Assembly (NCBI GenBank): GCA_903889135.1
Contig: CAISWF010000161.1
Span: 1 to 50,386 of the forward strand
Source: Candidatus Omnitrophota bacterium
Lineage (GTDB): Bacteria; Omnitrophota; Gorgyraeia; Pluralincolimonadales; Pluralincolimonadaceae
Direction of reading: 5' to 3'
Length of the DNA: 50,386 nt
Part shown: positions 7,852-19,739 of the stretch, piece after piece
Layout: every line of letters begins with the position of its first letter
Numbering within the stretch: the first letter of the stretch is position 1
Notes under the pieces: model-generated
The model's database searches: none
What the model saw: the letters and a program-made list of their open reading frames with translations, nothing else
Told to the model about the DNA's origin: nothing
Program-made: the position numbers and the translations under genes

Positions 7852-9900
7852 ATGGATAGATACCCCGCTCAGAACATCCGTAACGTGATTTTCGTTTCGC
7901 ATTCCGGTTCGGGGAAGACTTCACTGATCGAGGCGCTCCTATTTAACGCCAAGATGACCACCCGGCTCGGTAAGGTCGCGGAAGGCAACACCCACTCTGA
8001 CTACAATTCCGATGAAATAGAACGGAAGATCTCCATCACCTCGAAATTCCTTCACCTTATCTGGAAGAACACAAGGGTCCATATCCTCGATACGCCGGGG
8101 TATGCCGATTTCGTCGGCGACGTGATAGCGCCCCTGCGCGCGGCCGACGCGGCCGTGCTTTTGATCGAGGCGGTCCACGGCATCGAGGTCGGAACCGAAC
8201 GGGTATGGCAATTCCTGGAGGAGAGGAACCTCCCGCGCGCGATATTCATAAATAAACTCGATAAAGAGAACGCCAGTTTTGAGAATACCCTTAACTCGAT
8301 ACGCGACAGGTTCGGGAAACAATGCGTCGCGCTGCAGCTTCCGGTAGGGGAGCATCTTTCGCTCAAAGGCGTTGAGAGCGTCCTGCCGAAGGACGGCAGG
8401 TATAAGGAAGAGCTGCTCGATGCGGTCGTCGAGACCGACGACACGCTCACCGAGGAATTCCTGGAAGGCAAGGAGATCTCCCAGGAGGAGATGACCAAGG
8501 CGCTCAAGTCGGCGTGCGTTTCGGGAAAGATCATCCCGGTTTTTTGCGGCTCGGCCGTGCAGAATATCGGAGTGACGCAGCTACTGGACGCGATCGTCGA
8601 CCTTTTTCCATCGCCGGCAGACAGGCCGCCGGTCGAGGGCATAAATCCGAAGACGAAAGAGCCGGCCAAGAGAAATCCCGTCGAAACCGAACCTTTCTCG
8701 GCTTTCATATTCAAGGATATATTCGATCCCTATGTAGGACATCTTACGCTCTTCAAGGTATTTTCCGGGACCGTAGAGTCCAATACGGGTTTCTATAATT
8801 CCTCGAGGGACCTCAAGGAGCGAATAGGCCAGATCTATGTCCTGCAGGGCAAGGAACAGGTGCCCGTGCAGAAGGCCTGCGCCGGGGATATAGCCGCGGT
8901 AGCCAAACTCAAGGATTCCCATAATAATGATTCCATTTGCGACGAGAGGAGCCCGATTGTTTTTCCTGCGACGGAATTTCCCGAGCCGTGCATATCCGAT
9001 TCCGTAAAACCCAAGACGCGCCAGGACGAGGAGAAGATAATGGGTGCCCTGGCCCGCCTCGCCTCGGAAGACCCGACGTTCAAGATCACGCGCAACGAGC
9101 AGACGCACGAGCTGGTAATATCGGGAATGGGCGACCTTCACCTGGATGTCATGCTCGACAGGATGAGGAAGCGTTTCGGTGTAGAAGTGGAGGTCGGAGT
9201 TCCTAAGGTTCCCTATAAGGAAACTATAAAAAAGACCGTAAAGATACAGGGCAAATTCAAGAGGCAATCGGGCGGCCGCGGACAATACGGCGACTGCTGG
9301 CTGGAACTCGAGCCGCTGCCGCACGGGAAACAATTCGAGTTCGTGGATAAGGTCGTGGGCGGCGCCATTCCACGGCAATTCATACCGTCGGTCGAGAAGG
9401 GCGTAAAGGAAGCGATGACCAAGGGCTTTCTCGCGGGATATCCGGTGGTCGATATCAGAGTGACCGTATATGACGGTTCGTTCCATGAGGTCGATTCCTC
9501 GGATATGGCCTTCCAGATAGCCGGTTCAATGGCCTTCAAGAGCGGCCAGGAGCAGGCGGGACCGGTATTGCTCGAGCCGATAATGGATGTCGAGATAATA
9601 GTCCCGAACGAGTATCTCGGACAGATAACAGGAGATATAAACTCCCGCCGCGGGAGGATAATGGGCATCGAGGGCAGGGGAAAACAGGAGTATGTCAAGG
9701 CCACAATACCCATGTCCGAGATGTTCAAGTACGCGACCGAACTCCGTTCAATGACGGGGGGCCGCGGCTCATATTCCATGAAGTTCGACCACTACGAGGA
9801 AGTCCCCGCCAAGATCACCCAGCTGATAGTCGCCGGCACCAAGAAGGCCGAAGAGGCCGTCCCGGGCCACGCCAACCACGGCCACGAGCACCATAAATAA
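7852..9900 (+). CDS. Elongation factor G-like translational GTPase (EF-G paralogue)
   Basis: G1 SHSGSGKTS, G3 DTPGYADF, G4 NKLD. EF-G domain II-V collinearity (RNEQTHELVISGMGDLHLDV, GGRGQYGDCWLELEP, PVLLEPIMDVEI). Stand-alone, not in a str operon. His-rich tail PGHANHGHEHHK. Confidence 0.85.
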   Translation: MDRYPAQNIRNVIFVSHSGSGKTSLIEALLFNAKMTTRLGKVAEGNTHSDYNSDEIERKISITSKFLHLIWKNTRVHILDTPGYADFVGDVIAPLRAADAAVLLIEAVHGIEVGTERVWQFLEERNLPRAIFINKLDKENASFENTLNSIRDRFGKQCVALQLPVGEHLSLKGVESVLPKDGRYKEELLDAVVETDDTLTEEFLEGKEISQEEMTKALKSACVSGKIIPVFCGSAVQNIGVTQLLDAIVDLFPSPADRPPVEGINPKTKEPAKRNPVETEPFSAFIFKDIFDPYVGHLTLFKVFSGTVESNTGFYNSSRDLKERIGQIYVLQGKEQVPVQKACAGDIAAVAKLKDSHNNDSICDERSPIVFPATEFPEPCISDSVKPKTRQDEEKIMGALARLASEDPTFKITRNEQTHELVISGMGDLHLDVMLDRMRKRFGVEVEVGVPKVPYKETIKKTVKIQGKFKRQSGGRGQYGDCWLELEPLPHGKQFEFVDKVVGGAIPRQFIPSVEKGVKEAMTKGFLAGYPVVDIRVTVYDGSFHEVDSSDMAFQIAGSMAFKSGQEQAGPVLLEPIMDVEIIVPNEYLGQITGDINSRRGRIMGIEGRGKQEYVKATIPMSEMFKYATELRSMTGGRGSYSMKFDHYEEVPAKITQLIVAGTKKAEEAVPGHANHGHEHHK

Positions 9901-9922
9901 CGCGGTTCCCGCCCAAAAATCC

Positions 9923-9952
9923 TTTACATTTTAACTCCTGAAATGGTATAAT
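9923..9952 (+). promoter_or_regulatory. Sigma-70-type promoter of yebC-ruvCAB
   Basis: TTTACA (9923-9928), 18 nt, TGgTATAAT (TATAAT 9947-9952). Followed by a ~35-nt leader with GGAGG at 9980-9984 before ATG 9995. Confidence 0.55.
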
Positions 9953-9994
9953 TTTGTATTCAAAAACCACTTTAAATCGGAGGTATTTTCTGAA

Positions 9995-10747
9995 ATGTCC
10001 GGACATTCAAAATGGAAGACACAAAAGAACAAAAAAGCGGCCGCTGACGCGGTAAAAGGCAAGGCGTTTACCAAAGCGACCAAAGAGATCACCGTTGCCG
10101 CGAAGGACGGGGGCGGCGACCCGGATGTGAATCCCAGGCTTCGCTTTGCCCTGGCAAAGGCCAGGGAAGTGAACATGCCCAAGGACAACATCGAAAAGGC
10201 GATAAAGAAGGGCACCGGCGAGCTTCCCGGCGTCATTTATGAGACGATCTATTACGAGGTCTACGGGCCGGGCGGCGTGGCGATAATGGTCGAAGCCCTG
10301 ACCGATAATAAAAACAGGGCCTCGGCGGAAATAAAGAATATCCTCACGCGCAAGGGCGGAAATATGGCCGGCTCAGGCTCTGTCGCGCGTATTTTCCATA
10401 AGAAGGGGCTCATAGCCATCGAAAAGTCCAAGATAGACGAGGACAAGCTTATGGACATAGCCCTCAACGCGGGCGCCGAAGATATGAAGACCGAAGATAA
10501 TGTCTACGAAATAACGACAGACCCCAGGGATTTTGAGAAGGTAAAAAAGGCGCTCGATGATAACAAGGTCGAATGCCAGCTGGCCGAGGTGACGATGCTC
10601 CCGACTATGACCGTAAAGGTCGCCGGCGGACCCGCGAAACAGGTCCTGGCTCTAGTAGAGGCGCTGGAAGATTATGAAGACGTCCAGAACGTATACGCGA
10701 ATTTCGACATCCCCGATGAGATAATGGAACAGGCGAAGAAGGAATGA
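9995..10747 (+). CDS. yebC: YebC/PmpR family DNA-binding transcriptional regulator
   Basis: MSGHSKWKTQKNKKAAADAVKGKAFTK...DPDVNPRLR is the family-defining N-terminus. Conserved position upstream of ruvC. Confidence 0.93.
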   Translation: MSGHSKWKTQKNKKAAADAVKGKAFTKATKEITVAAKDGGGDPDVNPRLRFALAKAREVNMPKDNIEKAIKKGTGELPGVIYETIYYEVYGPGGVAIMVEALTDNKNRASAEIKNILTRKGGNMAGSGSVARIFHKKGLIAIEKSKIDEDKLMDIALNAGAEDMKTEDNVYEITTDPRDFEKVKKALDDNKVECQLAEVTMLPTMTVKVAGGPAKQVLALVEALEDYEDVQNVYANFDIPDEIMEQAKKE

Positions 10748-11277
10748 TAAATCCCGTTAGAAATTCGATTTCTAACGGGGTGAAGATACTGGGTATCGAC
10801 CCAGGTCTATGCATTACCGGTTATGGTTTAATAGAGGCCGGGCCGAAAGGAATAAAGCTCATTGAAGCGGGTGTCGTGAGGACCTCGGCGAAAGAGAAGG
10901 TCGAGGCGAGGATAGAGAAGATATATAACGGGATAAAGGGCCTCGTCAGGGAATCGAAGCCGGATGTGCTGGTCCTGGAGCAGTTGTATTCCCATTACAA
11001 GCACCCGGTCACCTCCATACTTATGGGCCACGCCCGCGGCGCGATATGCCTCCTGGCGAAAGAGACCGGGACGCAACTCATCGGATATTCGGCAACGCGC
11101 GTCAAAAAGGCGGTCACAGGCGCAGGGCACGCGAGCAAATACCAGATGCAGCGCATGATACAAAACCTTTTCAACATGAAGTCAGCCCCGAACCCGCCCG
11201 ATATTTCAGACGCGCTGGCGCTCGCGGTCGCTCATGCCCACATCTCCCGGATGGACGGGATAACGGGGTCAAGATGA
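10744..11277 (+). CDS. ruvC: Crossover junction endodeoxyribonuclease RuvC
   Basis: KILGIDPGLCITGYGLIE (catalytic Asp) and DISDALALAVAH. Start is uncertain: ATG 10744 gives a 12-aa extension encoded by the palindrome, while GTG 10780 gives a canonical N-terminus. Confidence 0.9.
   Translation: MINPVRNSISNGVKILGIDPGLCITGYGLIEAGPKGIKLIEAGVVRTSAKEKVEARIEKIYNGIKGLVRESKPDVLVLEQLYSHYKHPVTSILMGHARGAICLLAKETGTQLIGYSATRVKKAVTGAGHASKYQMQRMIQNLFNMKSAPNPPDISDALALAVAHAHISRMDGITGSR
10753..10779. repeat. Perfect 12-bp inverted repeat (hairpin/operator candidate) between yebC and the RuvC core
   Basis: CCCGTTAGAAAT tcg ATTTCTAACGGG read directly. It abuts GTG 10780, which begins the conserved KILGIDPG. Confidence 0.8.
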
Positions 11278-11906
11278 TATCTCATATCCGCGGCAAGATA
11301 GCCAAACGTAAGAACTCATCCCTTATCATCGACGTAGACGGCGGTTTCTCTTACGAAGTGTTGATCCCGGGCTGCGTAATGAAGTCTATCGACGCAAGCG
11401 TCGCGCCGGACGGCTCCATCAAACTGATAACATACCATTACCATCATACTGACCCCGCGCGAAGCATACCGGTCCTTATAGGTTTCTTGAACGAGATAGA
11501 GAAGGAATTTTTCGAGAAGTTCATCACCGTATCCGGGATCGGGCCCAAGGCTGCGGTCAAGGCCTTGAACGCCTCGATACCGCAGATTGTAAAGGCGATA
11601 GCCGACGGGGACCTCGCCACGCTCAAATCGCTTCCCGGCATCGGGGAGCAGAGAGCCAAGGAGATCGTCGCCAAACTCCAGAATAAACTCGGGAAGTTTG
11701 GGCTGATACAGGAATACGGCGTCGAGATAACGGTCGCGAAAGAACCGGATTTTGTCGAAGAGGCGGTCGAGATCCTGCTGCAGCTGCAGTATAAGAAGCC
11801 GGAAGCCAAAGAGATGATACAGAAGGCTCTCGAGCGTTCGCCGGGCATCAAGACCGCGGAAGACCTGCTTAACGAAGTCTATAAGCACAAGAAACATTCT
11901 AAATGA
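11274..11906 (+). CDS. ruvA: Holliday junction branch migration complex subunit RuvA
   Basis: MISHIRGKI... with HhH motifs GIGPKAAVKAL and LPGIGEQRAKEIV. ATGA overlap with the ruvC stop. The longer ORF-track start at 11046 lies inside ruvC and was rejected. Confidence 0.92.
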   Translation: MISHIRGKIAKRKNSSLIIDVDGGFSYEVLIPGCVMKSIDASVAPDGSIKLITYHYHHTDPARSIPVLIGFLNEIEKEFFEKFITVSGIGPKAAVKALNASIPQIVKAIADGDLATLKSLPGIGEQRAKEIVAKLQNKLGKFGLIQEYGVEITVAKEPDFVEEAVEILLQLQYKKPEAKEMIQKALERSPGIKTAEDLLNEVYKHKKHSK

Positions 11907-12979
11907 GCGAAGACAAAAAAGATAAAGAAGAGCCGATGCGCGAAAAACTCGTCTTCAGCCAGGAGACAGAGGAAGATATAATATTAAATCTTTCACTGCG
12001 CCCCGCGAAGGTCTCGGAGTTTGTCGGGCAGAAGGCCGTCGTAGATAACCTGCTTATCGCCGTATCGGCCGCGAAGAAGAGGAAAGAACCGCTCGAACAC
12101 GTCCTTTTTTCCGGCCCGCCCGGCCTCGGCAAGACCACGCTCGCACATATTATAGCCGGTGAGATGGGGACGAAGATAACCGCGACCTCCGGGCCGGCGA
12201 TCGCGAAGGCCGGCGACCTGATAGGCATCCTTACCAACCTCGGCGACGGCGATATCCTTTTCATTGACGAGATCCACCGGCTCTCGAAGGTAGTAGAGGA
12301 ATTCCTTTATCCGGCGATGGAAAATTACCAGATAGATTTCGTCATCGACAAGGGACCGTACGCCAAGACAATAAAATTTAATTTGAAGCCGTTCACCCTT
12401 ATCGGCGCGACGACGCGCTCCGGGCTTTTGAGCGCTCCGATGCGCAGCAGGTTCGGCATGCTCTACAGCCTCGATTTTTATGCCGCTGAGGAGTTGGTCC
12501 TGGTGATCAAGCGCTCCGCGAAGATACTCAAGATAGACCTGGACAAGGATTCGGCCGCCGAGATCGCGCGCCGGGCCCGCGGCACACCGCGCATCGCGAA
12601 CAGGCTCCTGCGCAGGGTCAGGGATTACGCCGAGGTCAAGAACGACGGCAAGGTCGATAAGATGATCGTGGACAAAGCCCTGGCGATGCTCGGCATCGAC
12701 GCGATGGGCCTCGACGCGCTAGACAGGAAAGTCATGAAATCGTTGATAGAGACCTATAGCGGCGGCCCGGTGGGGATAGAATCCCTCGCGGCGACCCTGA
12801 ACGAAGAATCCGATACGATATCCGATGTGGTCGAACCGTTCCTTCTGAAGGTGGGCCTTTTAAAACGCACTCCGCGCGGCAGGGAGGCGACCAAACTGGC
12901 ATACGAACATTTCAAAGCCCCTTCGGCTTCGCTCAGGGCAAGCCCTTCGGCGAAAGAGACACAGAAGGAGCTTTTTTAG
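11903..12979 (+). CDS. ruvB: Holliday junction branch migration DNA helicase RuvB
   Basis: LRPAKVSEFVGQ, Walker A GPPGLGKTTLA, Walker B LFIDEIHRL, sensor TRSGLLSAPMRSRFG. ATGA overlap with ruvA. Confidence 0.96.
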   Translation: MSEDKKDKEEPMREKLVFSQETEEDIILNLSLRPAKVSEFVGQKAVVDNLLIAVSAAKKRKEPLEHVLFSGPPGLGKTTLAHIIAGEMGTKITATSGPAIAKAGDLIGILTNLGDGDILFIDEIHRLSKVVEEFLYPAMENYQIDFVIDKGPYAKTIKFNLKPFTLIGATTRSGLLSAPMRSRFGMLYSLDFYAAEELVLVIKRSAKILKIDLDKDSAAEIARRARGTPRIANRLLRRVRDYAEVKNDGKVDKMIVDKALAMLGIDAMGLDALDRKVMKSLIETYSGGPVGIESLAATLNEESDTISDVVEPFLLKVGLLKRTPRGREATKLAYEHFKAPSASLRASPSAKETQKELF

Positions 12980-12985
12980 CGAGAC

Positions 12986-14151
12986 ATGCGAACCCGCCTC
13001 TGTTTATTAACGATCTGCGCCGCAATATCAATAGTTATCACGCCTATGTGTTCCTGTGCTCAGGATCCCGCCGTTCCGCATGAGCCCGTACTCGTCCGCG
13101 TCGCGGTCGTAAAGGGCGCCGATTCGGTAAAGATCTTCATCGCCGGGAATTTCAAGATAGTAGACTATATCTCCAAAACCGTGCTCCTGGAGGAGAAGTA
13201 CCTGCCCGAGACCGACTTGACCGCGACCGACACGGGATTCGGGCTGGAGGGGAAGGAGTTCGGCGCGTGCGTGATCTCATTGGAACCGGTGGGGGGCTCG
13301 CGGGTCTATATAAACGGGCGCATATTCAGGGGAGAGATCAGGGTATTTAAGGACGTGAGTAAACTTGTAGTCGTAAACACGGTTGACCTGGAGGAATATC
13401 TTTACGGCGTCATGCGCAACGAGGTCTCGACGTGGTGGCCGATGGAGGCGCTCAAGGCCCAGGCGATAGCGGCAAGGACTTACGCGTTGAACCAGATAAA
13501 CGAGTCGAAAGGGAAAGATTACGACGTCACGGCCGATGTCGGTTCGCAGGTCTACGGGGGGATCTTTTCCGAGAAGTGGCGTACTAACAGGGCCGTGGAC
13601 GAGACCAGGGACAAAGTCCTGACATATAACGGCGCGATATTCCCGGCTTTTTTCCACGCCACATGCGGGGGCAGCACATTCGACGCCGATTATCTTTGGA
13701 ATATAGACCTTCCTGTCCTGAAGGGGGTCAAGTGCAGGTGGTGCAGGAAATCCCCGCACTTCAACTGGGAGAAGTGGATGCCGGTAAAAGAGGTGGAGCA
13801 GAAATTCGCGGCCGCCGGCTATTTCGTGGGAGACATAATCGGGTTTGAGGCGACGAAAAGAGATCCCTTCTCGGCCCGGATATTGGAATTAAAGATCAAA
13901 GGCAGCAAAGGGGACGCGCCTATCCTCGCTAAGGATTTCAGGCGGATAATCGGGGCCGATATCGTAAGGAGCACGAATTTCAAGGTCACGCTGGTCGGAG
14001 AATACGTGGCCTTCGAGGGATTGGGTTGGGGGCACGGGGTTGGCCTGTGCCAGTGGGGCGCCTATTACATGTCCCGCGCCGGAAAGAAAGCGTCCGAGAT
14101 ACTGGATTTTTATTATCCGGGCTCAAAGCTAACCGATTATAAGGATGTTAA

Positions 14152-14155
<4 letters not shown>
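12986..14155 (+). CDS. spoIID: SpoIID/LytB domain protein (peptidoglycan remodelling)
   Basis: Signal peptide, then EEYLYGVMRNEVSTWWPMEALKAQAIAARTYAL, FHATCGGST and GWGHGVGLCQWGA, typical of the SpoIID/LytB domain. Confidence 0.8.
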
Positions 14156-16334
<2,179 letters not shown>

Positions 16335-16348
16335 AGAAAGGGAAGACG

Positions 16349-16642
16349 ATGGAACAGCAAAGCGCAAACCCGTTGATAAGTTTTTTACCACTAATACTCA
16401 TATTTGTGGTATTTTATTTCCTGCTCATAAAGCCACAGCAGAAACAGAAGAAAGAACATGAGGGGATGCTCAAGGCCCTCGCCAAGAACGATGAGGTCGT
16501 CACGAGCGGCGGGATACACGGCACCGTGATTAACGTGAAAGATACGTCAGTAGTCTTGCGCATCGATGATAATACGAAAGTCGAAGTCGAAAAATACGCG
16601 ATCGCCTTTACAACCAAGAAGAGGACAGGAGACGAGAAATGA
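16349..16642 (+). CDS. yajC: Preprotein translocase subunit YajC
   Basis: 97 aa with a single N-terminal TM, QQKQKKEHEGMLKAL and VTSGGIHGTV. Conserved position. Confidence 0.9.
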   Translation: MEQQSANPLISFLPLILIFVVFYFLLIKPQQKQKKEHEGMLKALAKNDEVVTSGGIHGTVINVKDTSVVLRIDDNTKVEVEKYAIAFTTKKRTGDEK

Positions 16643-18882
16643 AGAGAGGACAAGTCTGGCAGATATTCGCGATACTCGCTTTGGCGGCGGCATGCCTTTG
16701 GGTCATATATCCGCCGTTTGATATAAAGGACAAGGACGGCAAGGTCATAAAAGAAGGCAAGATAAAATTAGGCCTTGACCTCCAGGGCGGCATGCACCTT
16801 TTGCTCAAGGTCGATACCAGCAAGCTGCCAGCGAGCTCAAAAGCGGACGCGGCCGACAGGGCGATAGAGGTCCTGAGGAACAGGATAGACCAGTTCGGCG
16901 TCAGGGAACCGGCCATCCAGCGCCAAGGAACCGATGAGATAGTTGTCCAGCTGCCGGGCGTAACCGACCGTGAGCGCGCAATAGCGATCATCGGCCAGAC
17001 CGCCATGCTCGAGTTCAAACTCGTGGCTGACGACCCAGATAAATTAAAACAAGCCATAAGCGGCAACGTGCCGGACGGTTATGAGCTTAAATATTCGGAA
17101 GATAACGAGCCTGTGCTCTTGGAAAAACAGGCCGTCCTGACCGGCGAGTCGATATCGAACGCCTTGATACATTTCGACACGAACAAGTTCAACGAGCCGG
17201 GCGTAGGCCTGGAGTTCAACTCCGAGGGAGCCAAGAAGTTCGCCAGAATAACCGGCGAGAACGTCGGCAGGAGGCTCGCGATAATCCTAGACGGCAAAGT
17301 GCAGTCGGCCCCTAGGATCAATGAGCCCATCCCGTCAGGGCAGGCATCGATCACCGGCAGGTTCACGATAGAACAGGCGAAGGACCTCTCCACGGTATTG
17401 AGGGTCGGCGCGCTGCCCGCCCCGATGTCAATCGAGGAGGAGAGGACGGTCGGGCCGTTATTGGGGCAGGATTCGATCAATAAAGGCGTAAAGGCCACCC
17501 TTATCGGCATCACATTCGTAGTCGTTTTCATGGCCGTTTATTATCTTTTATCCGGCCTTATATCGGATATAGCATTAATACTCAACTTCCTTATCATACT
17601 CGGATCGATGTCGATCCTGCCTTACCTGTTCCCCGGCGTATCTGCAACGTTGACGTTGCCGGGCATCGCGGGCATCGCGTTGTCATTGGGTATGGCTATA
17701 GACGCGAACGTCCTGATAAACGAGCGCATAAGGGAGGAATTGAATCTCGGAAGGTCCCTCAGGATGGCGGTCGACCACGGTTATAACCGCGCGTTCAGCG
17801 CTATTTTGGACTCGCACGTCACGAACCTTATCGCGGCGGTCCTGCTCTTCCAGTTCGGCACCGGACCGATCAGGGGCTTCGCGGTAACATTGATAATCGG
17901 TGTCGTATCGAGCCTCTTTACCGCCATCGTCGTTACCCGTACCGTGTTGGAATTCCTGATGAACAAGGGATGGGTCAAATCCCTGCCGATGCTGCATCTT
18001 TTCAGGAACACGAAGATAGACTTTATACGCAGCCGGTTCATATTTTTTTCGATCTCGATGATATTGATCGTGGTCGGCCTGTTCACGTTCTTCTCGAAAG
18101 GGGAGAGGGCCTACGGCATAGATTTTGCCGGAGGCGAGCTGCAGGAGTATATGTTCAAGACCCAGCCGCCCATGGACGAAGTGCGCAAGGCCCTTGACGA
18201 GCTGAAACTCGGCAACGCGCAGATACAACAGTTCAAGGAGAACCCGCGCGTCGTCCTGATCAGGACCGCCATTGACAAGAACAAATTAATTACCGATAAG
18301 CTCAAGCAAAAATTCCCGGACCAGGAGATACAGATCCTTAAGACAGAGCATGTCGGGCCTGTCGCCGGACAGCAGTTGAGGGCGAAGGCGATTTACGCGA
18401 TAATCGGCTCGCTGATCGGCATACTGATCTATATAGCGTTCAGGTTCAAGGACTTTAATTTCGCGCTGGCAGGCGTCATAGGCATCTTCCACGACGTCTT
18501 GCTTACATTGGGCGTCATGGCCATGGCGAAGATCCCGATCGACTTGCTGAGTGTCACGGCGCTTCTTACCATCGCGGGTTATTCGATAAGCGACACGATC
18601 GTCGTATACGACCGCGTGAGGGAGAACAGGCCGTTGAACCGCAAGCTCAGCCTTTACGAGCTTATAAACCTGAGCGTAAACCAGACGCTCTCAAGGACGG
18701 TTTTGACCACCGGCGTTACGCTGCTTACCGTATTAGCCATATACGCGTGGGGCGGCGAAGTCTTAAGCAACTTCTCGTTCGCTCTGCTGGTGGGATTCTT
18801 CCTGGGCGTCTATTCGACTGTTTATATCACAAGTCCGCTGGTATTGGCGTTCCAGCCGAGGAAAAAGGTAATTGGCAAGTAA
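16639..18882 (+). CDS. secDF: Protein translocase subunit SecDF (fused)
   Basis: 747 aa. SecD periplasmic domain (LGLDLQGGMHLLL, VVQLPGV) plus 6 TM, then SecF (GIDFAGGELQEY) plus 6 TM. ATGA overlap with yajC. Confidence 0.93.
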   Translation: MKRGQVWQIFAILALAAACLWVIYPPFDIKDKDGKVIKEGKIKLGLDLQGGMHLLLKVDTSKLPASSKADAADRAIEVLRNRIDQFGVREPAIQRQGTDEIVVQLPGVTDRERAIAIIGQTAMLEFKLVADDPDKLKQAISGNVPDGYELKYSEDNEPVLLEKQAVLTGESISNALIHFDTNKFNEPGVGLEFNSEGAKKFARITGENVGRRLAIILDGKVQSAPRINEPIPSGQASITGRFTIEQAKDLSTVLRVGALPAPMSIEEERTVGPLLGQDSINKGVKATLIGITFVVVFMAVYYLLSGLISDIALILNFLIILGSMSILPYLFPGVSATLTLPGIAGIALSLGMAIDANVLINERIREELNLGRSLRMAVDHGYNRAFSAILDSHVTNLIAAVLLFQFGTGPIRGFAVTLIIGVVSSLFTAIVVTRTVLEFLMNKGWVKSLPMLHLFRNTKIDFIRSRFIFFSISMILIVVGLFTFFSKGERAYGIDFAGGELQEYMFKTQPPMDEVRKALDELKLGNAQIQQFKENPRVVLIRTAIDKNKLITDKLKQKFPDQEIQILKTEHVGPVAGQQLRAKAIYAIIGSLIGILIYIAFRFKDFNFALAGVIGIFHDVLLTLGVMAMAKIPIDLLSVTALLTIAGYSISDTIVVYDRVRENRPLNRKLSLYELINLSVNQTLSRTVLTTGVTLLTVLAIYAWGGEVLSNFSFALLVGFFLGVYSTVYITSPLVLAFQPRKKVIGK

Positions 18883-19738
18883 TAAGTATGTTCAGATAAG
18901 AAACATCCTTCTTTGGGTGCTTGTCCTTAACTGGGGAGTTGCCCTGGCCAAGATCGTATATGGCAAGGCCACGCACTCCCTTTCCATGTTCGCCGACGGT
19001 TTCCACTCCCTATCGGACGGTTCCTCCAATATAATCGGCCTGATAGGGATAGCCGCCGCCGCGCGGCCAAGGGATACGGGTCACCCTTACGGCCACCGCA
19101 AATACGAAACGCTCGCCTCGATGGCTATAGCCATCGCGCTGTTTTACATAGCGTTTAAACTTATCACTGTGTCGATGCATAGGCTCGTCCATCAGGAGCC
19201 GGTAAGCCCCGAGGCGAACCTGGTAAGCTTCATCGTCATGGGCATCACGCTGGCCGTTAATATCGGCGTCATGAGATATGAATTAAAAAGAGGTAAGGAA
19301 CTGCACAGCGATTTCCTTATCGCGGACGCGATGCATACGGGATCGGATATCTTTTCGTCGATCTCGGTCATCATCAGCCTCGTCTGCATAAGGCTGGGGT
19401 TCCCGATAGTCGATACGGTGGCGGGTTTTGTCATCGCGCTCCTCATCTGCTATATCGGCGCCGATATCCTGAAACACAGTTCGCGGGTGCTTACCGATTA
19501 CGCGGTCATTGAGGTGCAGCATATCTGCGACGCGCTTTCCGATATGAAAGAGATAGTAGGCTGCCACAGGATAAGGACGCGCGGCCGCTCCGACGATATC
19601 CATGTGGACCTTCATGTGACCGTGGACAAGGACATGTCCGTAGGTAAAGCACACGAGCTCTCGACCGCGATCGAGAAGCGCATACGCGAGAGATTTCCCG
19701 GCGTCACGGATGTGATAGTCCATATAGAGCCCGCCTGA
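18872..19738 (+). CDS. Cation diffusion facilitator (CDF) family metal efflux transporter
   Basis: HxxxD pairs in TM2 and TM5 (FHSLSDGSSN; MHTGSDIFSS). C-terminal cytoplasmic domain HRIRTRGRSDDIHVDLHV. TTG start with GAGGA 9 nt upstream; start is less certain and overlaps the secDF end. Confidence 0.82.
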   Translation: MASNKYVQIRNILLWVLVLNWGVALAKIVYGKATHSLSMFADGFHSLSDGSSNIIGLIGIAAAARPRDTGHPYGHRKYETLASMAIAIALFYIAFKLITVSMHRLVHQEPVSPEANLVSFIVMGITLAVNIGVMRYELKRGKELHSDFLIADAMHTGSDIFSSISVIISLVCIRLGFPIVDTVAGFVIALLICYIGADILKHSSRVLTDYAVIEVQHICDALSDMKEIVGCHRIRTRGRSDDIHVDLHVTVDKDMSVGKAHELSTAIEKRIRERFPGVTDVIVHIEPA

Positions 19739-19739
19739 T

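Noticed and set aside
8052-9779. Antisense ORFs of 188-301 aa (8052-8714, 8581-9486, 9213-9779) opposite the EF-G paralogue
   Set aside because: They overlap a confidently identified gene along their full length. Their translations are compositionally biased, with no motifs.
7852-9900. EF-G-like gene as a Tet(M)/Tet(O)-type ribosomal protection (resistance) gene
   Set aside because: The G1 and overall motifs do not resemble what I recall of TetM/TetO any better than EF-G. There is no mobile-element context, and the question cannot be decided without phylogeny.
11046-11273. Long N-terminal extensions offered by the ORF track: ruvA from 11046, pseudopilin from 2147, fabD from 27505, cvpA from 34019, rpoD from 37329, the ATPase from 45390, rnhA from 47551
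   Set aside because: The extensions run through the upstream gene or a promoter and have no family-like sequence. Downstream starts give canonical N-termini with an SD or a stop-start overlap.
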